Below are positions 1 through 11,070 of a stretch of 64,000 nt of DNA, piece by piece (the first letter of the stretch is position 1; the number at the start of each line of letters is the position of its first letter). The DNA is from an uncultured Acidimicrobiales bacterium (GTDB taxonomy: Bacteria > Actinomycetota > Acidimicrobiia > Acidimicrobiales > SZUA-35), in assembly GCA_963717115.1 (NCBI GenBank), contig CAVQVO010000011.1, positions 5,861 to 69,860 of the forward strand, read 5' to 3'. The notes below the pieces were generated by a model that saw nothing but the letters and a program-made list of their open reading frames with translations, did no database searches and was not told the origin of the DNA. A program made the position numbers and the translations under genes.

Positions 1-438
1 GAACCACAGACAGCCGCTGGCCACCGTCGCCGGATCGATCGGGACCATGACCGAGATGTGGTGATCGCCGAACCGGTACGCCGTTGCGTCCTGGTGCGGA
101 GCGAATCCGGCACCGCCCGGTTGCTTGTAGTTGATCTTCTCCTTGAACAGCATGGCCGGTTCGCCGAACAACTCGCCGAGGATCTCGCTGATCACACCGC
201 GCCGCATGAACACGGTCAGGCCCTCGTGCCGGCCGTCGAAATCCTCGCTGCGGGCGATCGCTGGTCCGTCGTCGGTCTGTTCGAAGTGATGCAGACCGGA
301 CTCGGCGGCCGCTGCCGAGGCTTCGATCTCGTCGACCCACCGGGAGAGCCCGATCATGGTGGCTTGGTCGAGCGCCCGCGGAAGCACGAGCCAACCGGCT
401 CGTCCCCACTCGGATCGCTGATCGGCGCTCAGGTGCAC
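1..438 (-). CDS. Phytanoyl-CoA dioxygenase (PhyH) family Fe(II)/2-oxoglutarate dioxygenase, 3' end runs off the window
   Basis: Not in the ORF track. Manual translation from GTG at 438 gives MHLSADQRSEWGRAGWLVL...LFKEKINYKQPGGAGFAPHQDATAY...SGCLWF, with the HxD iron motif and KEKINYK typical of PhyH/PhnY-like enzymes. Confidence 0.85.
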   Translation of the reverse strand, partial: MHLSADQRSEWGRAGWLVLPRALDQATMIGLSRWVDEIEASAAAAESGLHHFEQTDDGPAIARSEDFDGRHEGLTVFMRRGVISEILGELFGEPAMLFKEKINYKQPGGAGFAPHQDATAYRFGDHHISVMVPIDPATVASGCLWF

Positions 439-546
439 GGCGGCCCTTCGTGTTGGTGGATCCCCGTGTGTCCGAGGGGCGGACCCGGGTCCCTGCAATC
501 TAGGCGAGACCGGCGAGAGCAGCTCGACGCAATGACTCAGCAAGTA

Positions 547-576
547 TTGACTCGATATGTCTTGAGGAAATATGGT
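547..576 (+). promoter_or_regulatory. Putative housekeeping-sigma promoter for arsC
   Basis: TTGACT-N18-TATGGT in an AT-rich patch about 40 nt upstream of the ATG at 618. The spacer holds an imperfect inverted repeat (CTCGATATGTCTTGAG) that could be an ArsR site. Confidence 0.55.
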
Positions 577-617
577 GAGCACGCGGCGCCATCGATCCCA
601 TGCCGGAAAGGCTCACC

Positions 618-1281
618 ATGACCACCAGCCACGATCCGAACGAGCCCGAGGTCGAACTGACCACCGAACAGGTCCTCCTGGTTCGCCAGGTGGCCTCGCG
701 GCTGCGAAGGGAGTTCGATGGCACCTTCAACACCGAGACCATCGAGCGGTACCTGACCGATTCCCTGGAACGACTGGGGGCGCTGGCCAGCGTGAACCGC
801 TGGATGCCGCTCCTCGTGGAACGGTTCACTCGCGATCGTCTGCGGGCCCTCGAGCGGCTCGAAGGCCGGAACGTCGAACGACCGGCCGTCCTGTTCCTCT
901 GCGTCCACAACGCCGGACGGTCCCAGATGGCCGCCGGATGGCTCCGCCACCTCGCCGGCGACCGGGTCGAGGTGTTCTCCGGTGGCTCCGATCCCGGCCT
1001 CGAGACCAACGCCGTTGCCGTTGCCGCCATGGCCGAGGTCGGCATCGACCTCTCTGCGGAGTACCCGAAACCCTGGACCGACGAGATCGCCCGAGCGGCC
1101 GATGTCATCGTCACGATGGGCTGCGGCGAAGCCTGCCCGGTTCATCCGGGCACGCGCTGACGAGGACTGGGAGCTGACCGATCCGACGGGTCAGCCGATC
1201 GAGATCGTTCGAGGCATTCGCGACGACATCCGGGCCCGCGTCGAGTCGCTCGTCGCCGGCCTGGCGCTCGCCACGGCATGA
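618..1281 (+). CDS. arsC: Arsenate reductase, LMW-PTP fold with actinobacterial N-terminal helical extension; one frameshift near 1159
   Basis: FLCVHNAGRSQMA and MGCGEACP motifs. The expected RYEDW reads CGC TGAC GAG GAC TGG (extra G), and the protein continues in the 982..1281 frame as EDWELTDPTGQPIEIVRGIRDDI. Confidence 0.9.
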
Positions 1282-1357
1282 CCACGACCGAGCCCCCGCC
1301 GATCAACGCCGCCCTGCGGCTCCTCGGCATCGGCTGGACGGGCCGAGACGATCCGGC

Positions 1358-3406
1358 TCAGGATGGGGTGGAATCGTCGGGGATCCGGGTGTAGTACTGC
1401 GAGAACTCGTCGCCGACCCCGTAGATCGTGGCATGGGGCCCGAGGTCGAGCACCAGGTCTTCGGTGAGGATCCGGGTTCGAGAGAGCCAGCCCTCGGGAA
1501 GTTGCGTCATCTGTTCGCCCATGGTCGCGAGCGTCTCCAGCGTGAATGCCGGTCCATGGGCCTGCAGCACATAGGCGTGACCGTCGGCGTCGACGAGCTC
1601 GAAGACCGGTCGTCCGGCGGCGTAGACCATCCGTTGGGTCTTCTCCGGGGTGAAGACCTGATAGGGAGCCGCACCACCCTGAGCCAGGAGGAGGGCGATG
1701 GGGACCGTCGCCCCCCAGCGGGCCTCGAGTCCGTCGAACGAGGCGGTCTCGCCCAGCAGGACGGTCTGGGAGTCCATCGTCCAGTACTTCGGACCGTTCT
1801 TGTGCACGTGCACCGCACCGTGCTCGCGTGCCACGGCCTCGAGATCCATCGAATCCCAGAGCTCGGCGGGGGCGTCGTTGAGACCCGTCGTGTTGTAGAT
1901 CTCGCCGGCGTCTCCCTTGACGAGGAGGACCTCGGCGTAGCGCCTGCCCCGTATGTCGTCGAACGTGACCTTCCTGGTGGTTCGTGTGGTGGTGGGCACG
2001 CGGATCCCTTCGTTCTCGAATTGCTGTTTGGTGGTGTAGTGGCCCTCGGGGAAGTAGGGCCCCATGATCGTTCGCTCCTGACCCGGCTCGAGGGCCGTGG
2101 CCGGACTGTGCTCCCAGTCGGGATGACAGGCCATGAACCGCATGATGACCATGCCCCAGTCCTTGCGGTCGCGGGGATCGTCGATCCCTTCGCCCGGCCC
2201 CCAGTCGAGCCATGTGATGCCGTTCTCGGCCGTGGCGTTGGCCGGTCGATCCTCGGGGCGGCTCACCACCACGGTGTAGGAGCCGTCGTCGTCGAGTGGC
2301 ACCTGCAGGTCGTAGACGCCGTCCCAGAGCTCCCCGCACGGAGCCGAGGCGGCGGTCACGACCGACCAGTACTTGACCTGACCGTCACCCATCACCTCGG
2401 CCCCGTCGTAGGTATCGGGGAAGGTGGGCATCTTGGCCCGGAACACGTAGACGGGACCGAACTGCCGAGACAGGAAGTTCATCAGATAGACCGTCGTGGG
2501 ATCGCCTCCGCCCTCCATCTCGGTCTGCAGTTCGAGCTTCGCCCGGTCCTCGGGTCTCATGAAGGCTCCGGCCACCGTGTATCGGATGCCGCGGAAGATC
2601 TCCCAGTTGCCGTCGCGGCGGGCCGGCGCCGAGGCGGGGTCGAGGCTCGGGTCGTTGGCCTCGGAGGCGACGAGTTCGTACCAGCGCTCCGGCGACACGG
2701 GCGGGGGAGCCGATCCGATGCGTTCGCCGAATCGGTCGGCGACCTCCTGCGACGACAGGTGCGTTCCATCGGCCAGCGTCGCCTCGTAGGTGACGATCGA
2801 TCGGATCGACGACGGCGTGTCGCCCGGTTCCAGACCCGCACCGTCGAGGCCCCGGTCGGAGACGAAGACCCGGAAGATGATCTGAACGGAGCGCTCGGAG
2901 CGGCCGACATACATCGTGTTGGCGGCTCGCCGAGTCGGATCGCTCGGGGCGTCGTCGGCGAGGATGTGGGCGGTGTAGTGGCGGTGTTCGCTCCGGCGGT
3001 CGCCTCCGACGACGTAGGGGTTGCTCGAACCCGGGTCGGGCTCGAGGTCCCAGGCCGCCAGGTCTTCGCCGGCCAGGGCGACGAAGGTGTCCCGCTCGAA
3101 GCGGTACGCCGCGATCTTGAAGTAGCGGGCACGGGGGAAGCGGCCGCGCAGGGTGACCCGTGCCCCGGCAGGCAGTCTCAGCTGCCCCACGAAGTACGCC
3201 GGCGTCGAGTCTCCCCAGAGGTTCGGGTTCTGGAAGTCCCGAGGGTTGGCCAGCCGGTTCCAGTAGTGCCAGCCGCGTGGGCCCTGGATCACCGGGTCGT
3301 GGCCGTAGCGCTCATCGGTACGGATGAGCGCTCCCAACGGGAGATCGCCGGGCCGGGGGGCCGATTGGGAACGATCCCGCTGACGGTCCTGCACCTGTTC
3401 ACCCAT
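1358..3406 (-). CDS. Large hypothetical protein with two apparently distinct uncharacterised domains
   Basis: Long ORF with strong coding-like GC3 bias, divergent from a TetR gene. The start (3406 or 3442) is uncertain. Confidence 0.75.
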   Translation of the reverse strand: MGEQVQDRQRDRSQSAPRPGDLPLGALIRTDERYGHDPVIQGPRGWHYWNRLANPRDFQNPNLWGDSTPAYFVGQLRLPAGARVTLRGRFPRARYFKIAAYRFERDTFVALAGEDLAAWDLEPDPGSSNPYVVGGDRRSEHRHYTAHILADDAPSDPTRRAANTMYVGRSERSVQIIFRVFVSDRGLDGAGLEPGDTPSSIRSIVTYEATLADGTHLSSQEVADRFGERIGSAPPPVSPERWYELVASEANDPSLDPASAPARRDGNWEIFRGIRYTVAGAFMRPEDRAKLELQTEMEGGGDPTTVYLMNFLSRQFGPVYVFRAKMPTFPDTYDGAEVMGDGQVKYWSVVTAASAPCGELWDGVYDLQVPLDDDGSYTVVVSRPEDRPANATAENGITWLDWGPGEGIDDPRDRKDWGMVIMRFMACHPDWEHSPATALEPGQERTIMGPYFPEGHYTTKQQFENEGIRVPTTTRTTRKVTFDDIRGRRYAEVLLVKGDAGEIYNTTGLNDAPAELWDSMDLEAVAREHGAVHVHKNGPKYWTMDSQTVLLGETASFDGLEARWGATVPIALLLAQGGAAPYQVFTPEKTQRMVYAAGRPVFELVDADGHAYVLQAHGPAFTLETLATMGEQMTQLPEGWLSRTRILTEDLVLDLGPHATIYGVGDEFSQYYTRIPDDSTPS

Positions 3407-3442
3407 CGGCTCGTCCCCTGGTCGTTCCTTGATGCGCCTCAA

Positions 3443-3459
3443 ACTAGCCGTTAGGCTAA
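3443..3459. promoter_or_regulatory. Putative TetR operator TAGCC-N4-GGCTA overlapping a -10 element (TAGGCT) for leaderless tetR
   Basis: Palindrome in the short divergent intergenic gap. A near copy lies at 4044-4060. Confidence 0.6.
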
Positions 3460-3463
3460 TTCC

Positions 3464-4048
3464 ATGTCAACGAGTGATGGGTCCGAGTCGGTTCCGCGTC
3501 GGGCGGCCAACGGTCGCGACGCACTGATCGAGGCCGCCAAGCGCCTTCTGCCCGATCGCGCCCCGAGCACCATCGCCGGGCGCGATCTCGCGGCCGAGGC
3601 GGGCGTGAACTACGGGCTGGTCCATCACCACTTCGGCGGCAAGGACGCTGCGCTCGCCGCGGGGCTCCTCGCCCTCCGTGACGACTTCATGGCCGCCAAC
3701 GGCGATGTCTCGGCGCTTCCCCTCCTGACCGAGAGTGACCCGTATCTCAAGGCCCTGGTCAGGACGAATGTCGATCACCCCGACCTGCCGGCGGTCGGTG
3801 GGGAGTTCCCGATCAGTGCGGCACTGGTCTCGGCGGTTGCCCAACGGCTGGCGGCGCAGGGCAGGGGCGACTCGCTCGTCGAGGCGAAGGCCCGGGCGAT
3901 CGCCATGACCTCGATCCAGCTCTGCTACGCCGTGTTCGGTCCGGTGCTCCTCGACGCCACGGGCGTCCTCCATCGTGAACGCAACGAGGTCCAGGCCGCG
4001 CTGGCGTCGCTGTACGACGACCTCGCACTCATTTCCCTTGCTGACTAG
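3464..4048 (+). CDS. TetR/AcrR family transcriptional regulator
   Basis: N-terminal HTH RDLAAEAGVNYGLVHHHFGGKD. Confidence 0.9.
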   Translation: MSTSDGSESVPRRAANGRDALIEAAKRLLPDRAPSTIAGRDLAAEAGVNYGLVHHHFGGKDAALAAGLLALRDDFMAANGDVSALPLLTESDPYLKALVRTNVDHPDLPAVGGEFPISAALVSAVAQRLAAQGRGDSLVEAKARAIAMTSIQLCYAVFGPVLLDATGVLHRERNEVQAALASLYDDLALISLAD

Positions 4049-4144
4049 CCATTTGGCTCATCATCGGACCACGAACTCGGGCCGGGCCGGAGGAGACGCC
4101 CACCCCGACCGGACTGCCTCCTCGGTCTGCGGCGTGGTCGACGC

Positions 4145-6625
<2,481 letters not shown>

Positions 6626-6653
6626 CGAACGGCGACCGCAGCCGGGACGACGG

Positions 6654-7499
6654 TCATGGCTCGCGCTCCGGAATCACGACGACCGGGCGATCGGTGCGGT
6701 GGAGGGTCTTGAGGGCGACGCCGCCGATCCGCAGCGCCGAGAGTCCTCCGAGGCCACGGGCACCGACGACCAGCAGGTCGGCTCTCTCGGCCTTGGCTGC
6801 CCGGAGCAGGGCGTCTGCTGCGTTCGAACCCCGCAGCGCCAAGACGTCGAAGGAGACCCCGGCCGACGTCAACTCCTCGGCGAAGTCGTCGCGGATCGTC
6901 TGCTCGAGCGATCGCCTCCAGTTCCGGGGACTGTCGGACCGCGTCCATTCGAGATACGGCTGGTCGACCGAGGCAAGGACGATCCGCAGGTCGGACACTG
7001 CAGCGAGATCACGGACCCAACGCAGCGCCATGCGCGACCCACTCGACCCGTCGACACCGACCAACACGCGTTCCATGGGCACCTCGACGGTGTCGCCGAC
7101 GACGGCGATCGGCCGGAGTGCGTGGTGGGCGAGCCATTCGGCGAGACTCCCGAGGTGGAACAGGCCCGGACCTCGGGACTGCCCGACGCGGCCGACCACG
7201 ATCAGGTCGGCGTCTTCGCGTTCGGCAACGGTCAGGATCCCGCTCCGGGGATCGCCCGGCTCGATCACCGAGCGAACGCGCACGTCACCCAGGCGAGCCG
7301 CCTCGCTCCACGACTCGATGGTCGACCGCTGCGCCGAGAGCAGATCCTCGACCGAATGCGCCACCAGGTCGGCGTTCGGTGGATCGAAGCCCGTCATGAC
7401 GACGATCTCGGCGCCGTGGCGGGATGCCAGGTGAGCGGCCCACCGCATCGCCTCGTTCGAACTCGGAGAACCGTCGGCACCGACCACGATGCGCTTCAC
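6654..7499 (-). CDS. Universal stress protein, tandem Usp domains
   Basis: KRIVVGADGS and RVLVGVDGS domain starts, GARGLGG motif; GTG start after GGAGGT. Confidence 0.9.
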   Translation of the reverse strand: MKRIVVGADGSPSSNEAMRWAAHLASRHGAEIVVMTGFDPPNADLVAHSVEDLLSAQRSTIESWSEAARLGDVRVRSVIEPGDPRSGILTVAEREDADLIVVGRVGQSRGPGLFHLGSLAEWLAHHALRPIAVVGDTVEVPMERVLVGVDGSSGSRMALRWVRDLAAVSDLRIVLASVDQPYLEWTRSDSPRNWRRSLEQTIRDDFAEELTSAGVSFDVLALRGSNAADALLRAAKAERADLLVVGARGLGGLSALRIGGVALKTLHRTDRPVVVIPEREP

Positions 7500-7555
7500 G
7501 CGGACACCTCCCCATCCGTCACCATGATCGTGATCCGATTCCACCGACGCCGGAA

Positions 7556-7635
7556 GAGGCCAAGGTCACGAGGAGCCGTGGTGGTCGCCGTCGGCCGACG
7601 GGGCCGGAATCGTCGAGAGCGGGGACCTTGTTCTC
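7556..7635. promoter_or_regulatory. Two DosR/DevR-like 14-bp boxes between divergent usp genes
   Basis: GAGGCCAAGGTCAC (7556-7569) and GGGACCTTGTTCTC (7622-7635) resemble the GGGAC-N4-GTCCC core. Confidence 0.5.
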
Positions 7636-7753
7636 TGAGCCCGGGGGCGCCGAGCACCTAGCGTTGAGGTCAGGTCGCGGCCGACCCTCTCCGGCAGACG
7701 CTTCCGATGACGGCGGTGATGCCCCGATCTCGGCCAGGAAGAGAGCGACGCTC

Positions 7754-8678
7754 GTGCATCGATTCACCAACATCTTGTTCAGCCCACTCGGCGGAAAAGG
7801 ACAACCCGGCGGCCGTTCGGCGTGTCGCCGAACTCGCCGCCCGCAACGGCGCGACGCTCACGCTGTTCGGGGTGTCGCCCGAGCCGTCCCGATTCCAGCG
7901 CGCCGTGCACCGGGCCGATCACCTCGAAGCGGTTCGGCAAGCGGAAGCGAAGGCCCTGTCGGCCAAACTCAGGCGTTGTGCACGCACGGCGATCGAGGTT
8001 CCGGTCGAGACGACCATCACCAGCGGCAACGTGGCGCTCGGCATCATCGGGCAGGTCCTGATCGCCGGCCACGACCTGGTGGTCGTCACCACCGATGAGG
8101 ACGACGAGGACCACGCAACCATCAAACGGCTACTCCGGAAGTGCCCGTGCCCGGTCTGGGTGATCCGGCGCACCCGGGCCAGGACTCAGCGGGTCTTGGC
8201 GGCCATCGATCCCGACCCTGACCTGGCGGCATTGAATCGCACCATTCTCGAACTCGCCTCGTCGATGGTCAGGCTCCATGGCGGGGAGCTCCATGTCGCG
8301 CACGCGTGGGAACTCTACGGCGAGGCAACCATGCGCTCGTCGGCCTTCATCCACACCGCACCGTCGGAGCTCGAGGCGCTCCTCGAGCGTGAGCGGGACT
8401 CCCACGCCCGAGCAGTGATCGAGACCCTGGCCGCGTCCGGTGTGGACCACGAACCCTGGCGGATCCACCTCGGCAAGGGCCCGGCGCCCGAGATCGTGCG
8501 CGAAGTCGTCGTGAAGAAGCGGATCAATCTCTTGGTGATGGGCACGGTCGCGCGGACCGGCGTCACGGGACTGATCATGGGGAACACCGCCGAATCCGTG
8601 CTCGATCATGTTCCGTGTTCGGTCATCGCCGTCAAGCCGCCGGGTTTCGTCTCGCCGGTCGAGGTCGTGGCCCGGTGA
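7754..8678 (+). CDS. Universal stress protein (UspE-like); frameshift near 7795
   Basis: N-terminus MHRFTNILFSPLG is in one frame and KDNPAAVRR...LLRKCPCPVW...MGTVARTGVTGLIMGNTAE in the next. Confidence 0.88.
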
Positions 8679-8719
8679 GGGGGGCGTAGGCCGGCAAGCC
8701 GCTCGGTTGGGACGCCCTC

Positions 8720-10015
8720 GTGGCCGTTCGGAGATGGATCGTCGACGCAGGGGAGCGGAGGGTGTCTCGAAACTCGATCAGAGTCCTACTCGACCTGTTG
8801 TTGCTGGCGTCCGTGGTGGTCGTGGTCCTCACCGGGGTGATCGTCGAGCAACTGGATCTTCACGAGTTCAGGCTCCACCCCCTGTCCGGCTACGTCATGA
8901 CGGGACTCGTCGCCGTCCACGTGTTCCTGCACCGGGGCTCGATCCTCCGCTTCGTCGGTGGCCGTCTCCACCGTCGCGTCGTGGGGGTGGCGCCTCGCCC
9001 CGAAGAGCCGGTCGTGGCCGATTCGACAGGTCCGGTCGACCGGATCGACGTCGAGTCGGCAGCAGGGGAGCACGGTTCCGATCCACGGCCGGTGGCTCCC
9101 GTGGGACGCCGCGTCGGTGGCTCGAGGCGGTCGCTGCTCGCCGCCTCCGCAGCCGGCCTGGCCGGCGTGACGGCAGGATGGTTTGCCCGCTCCGAGGTGT
9201 CCCCCGAGCCGTATGACGGCGGCGACGTAGGGCTCTTCTATCACCGGGAGAGCTCCCTCGGGGTACGAGGCCTGCTCAGCAACTTCCTCGACTGGGGACG
9301 CCGGCCGCCTCGCTACAAGGACCTCACGACGACCGGAGCGGTGCCGCTGCCAGCCGTCGGCTCCCAACCCGTCATGAGCGTCGCTCAGGCCATGCAGCAG
9401 CGACGTTCGCGGCGCGAATTCGCCGATCGGGCGTTGACCGCCGAGGAGCTGGCATGGATGGTGCATGCCGCGACCGGGATCACCTCGGACGACGAGCGGC
9501 GGACGGCGCCATCGGCCGGGGCCCTCTATCCGATCGAGACCTACGTCGCGGTGAACCGTGTCGAGGGAATCGAGCCGGGGCTCTATCACGTCGACGTACG
9601 AGCGATGGCGCTCCAGCCCATCCGCCTCGGTTCGGTCGGGGGCGACCTGTTGATCGCCGGCCTGGGCCAGGACTTCCTCCGGCGCGCTCCGGCGGTCTTC
9701 GTGTTGAGCGGCTCCTTCCAGCGCACCCGGTGGAAGTACCGCGAGCGCCACTACCGCTACGTGTGCTGGGAGGCGGGACACGTCGCCCAGAACCTCTACC
9801 TCGCCGGAGAGGCCTCCGGGTTGGGTGTCTGCGTGGTCGGCGCCTTTCTCGACGGAGTCCTGAACGACCTGCTTCGAATCGACGGACGCGAGGAAGCCGC
9901 GCTCGGATTCGTCGCGGTCGGCGTCCGCCGAACGGGCCATGAGGCCCAGCCCCCGCCTCTCGGACGAGCCGGGACCGCAGACCCTGGTGCCGCGGCGCGT
10001 TCCCCGTCACACTGA
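8720..10015 (+). CDS. SagB/ThcOx-type nitroreductase-fold protein with N-terminal DUF4405-like membrane domain
   Basis: RRSRREF, RTAPSAGALYPIE and EAGHVAQNLYL motifs; two N-terminal His-containing TM helices. Confidence 0.85.
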   Translation: MAVRRWIVDAGERRVSRNSIRVLLDLLLLASVVVVVLTGVIVEQLDLHEFRLHPLSGYVMTGLVAVHVFLHRGSILRFVGGRLHRRVVGVAPRPEEPVVADSTGPVDRIDVESAAGEHGSDPRPVAPVGRRVGGSRRSLLAASAAGLAGVTAGWFARSEVSPEPYDGGDVGLFYHRESSLGVRGLLSNFLDWGRRPPRYKDLTTTGAVPLPAVGSQPVMSVAQAMQQRRSRREFADRALTAEELAWMVHAATGITSDDERRTAPSAGALYPIETYVAVNRVEGIEPGLYHVDVRAMALQPIRLGSVGGDLLIAGLGQDFLRRAPAVFVLSGSFQRTRWKYRERHYRYVCWEAGHVAQNLYLAGEASGLGVCVVGAFLDGVLNDLLRIDGREEAALGFVAVGVRRTGHEAQPPPLGRAGTADPGAAARSPSH

Positions 10016-10052
10016 TCCAACCCGGCCTCTGCCGGTAGTCCTGGGAGTCGAG

Positions 10053-10952
10053 ATGACGACGGGTCACAAGATCGGTGTGGTGGTCCAGAGCCCCGACGAT
10101 GCGGCCGTGGGTCTGAAGCGATGCATCGCCCTGGCCAGGCGAACGGGGAGTTCACTACACGTGATCGACCTCACCGAGCCGCCGCCGAGATGGCTGGTCG
10201 AGACCCGGCACCAGCGTCACGACCAAGCCGAGCGGTTGCGCGACCGGCGAGCGTTGATGGAACGCTTCGTTTCGAATGTCCGGGCCGACGGTGTCGAGGT
10301 CTCGGTCACCGCCCGACGTGGTCAACGCGTGGTGGAACTGGTCGACGAGATCCGCACCGTCGGACTCGATCTGGTGGTGATCGTCGGTGCCAGGCTGCGA
10401 TCGTCCCCCGTGACGGCGGAAGCATTCCTGAACCGAGTCGTTCGGAAATCGCCGGTGCCGGTGCTCGTCCTGCGGCCGCTCGAACCCGGGAGGTCAGGGA
10501 CGGTGATCGCACTCGACATCTCGGTCGAGGATGACGGTTCCCGGGCTCTCGTCGAATCGATCGCCGCCCAGGCATTGAGGATGACACCGGACGGCCATGC
10601 CGTCACCATCGTCCACGTCTTGGAGCTGCCCGATGGTTTCGCGCCGCGAGAACCCGAGTCGGTCCGGCTGATCGAGTCGGCGGTGAGCCGGTACCGGACG
10701 AAGCTGGAGTCGCTCGCCGACGAGCTCGACCCGTCGGGCCGAATCGAGGTCGTTGTACGCGTCGGGGGTGCCGCGGCCGAGATCGCCGGGATCAGCCGGG
10801 ACCTGCGAGCAGAACTGGTCGCCATCGGAACCGTCGGTCGTTCCGGACCGGCTGGCCTTCTCATCGGCAACACCGCCGAGGCAACGCTGCGGGGCGTGGC
10901 CTGTTCGGTCCTGACCGTGAAACCCACCGGTTTCCGGTCACCCTTGGGATGA
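10053..10952 (+). CDS. Universal stress protein (UspE-like)
   Basis: RKSPVPVLVL and GTVGRSGPAGLLIGNTAE motifs. Confidence 0.88.
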   Translation: MTTGHKIGVVVQSPDDAAVGLKRCIALARRTGSSLHVIDLTEPPPRWLVETRHQRHDQAERLRDRRALMERFVSNVRADGVEVSVTARRGQRVVELVDEIRTVGLDLVVIVGARLRSSPVTAEAFLNRVVRKSPVPVLVLRPLEPGRSGTVIALDISVEDDGSRALVESIAAQALRMTPDGHAVTIVHVLELPDGFAPREPESVRLIESAVSRYRTKLESLADELDPSGRIEVVVRVGGAAAEIAGISRDLRAELVAIGTVGRSGPAGLLIGNTAEATLRGVACSVLTVKPTGFRSPLG

Positions 10953-11070
10953 TCGTCACGCCCGTCGATCCTGTCGAACTCGGTCGACCCCGGGGAACCG
11001 TCGACGGGTGTACCTCGTTCGACCCGTCCTGTGCCACCATCGAGGTGGTGAAAACGGTCGAGCAACCATC

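Noticed and set aside
58..621. 187-aa plus-strand ORF
   Set aside because: Antisense to the PhyH-family gene, which has clear motifs
8720..10015. Thiazole/oxazole RiPP cluster suggested by the SagB domain
   Set aside because: No YcaO, E1-like protein or Cys/Ser-rich precursor nearby
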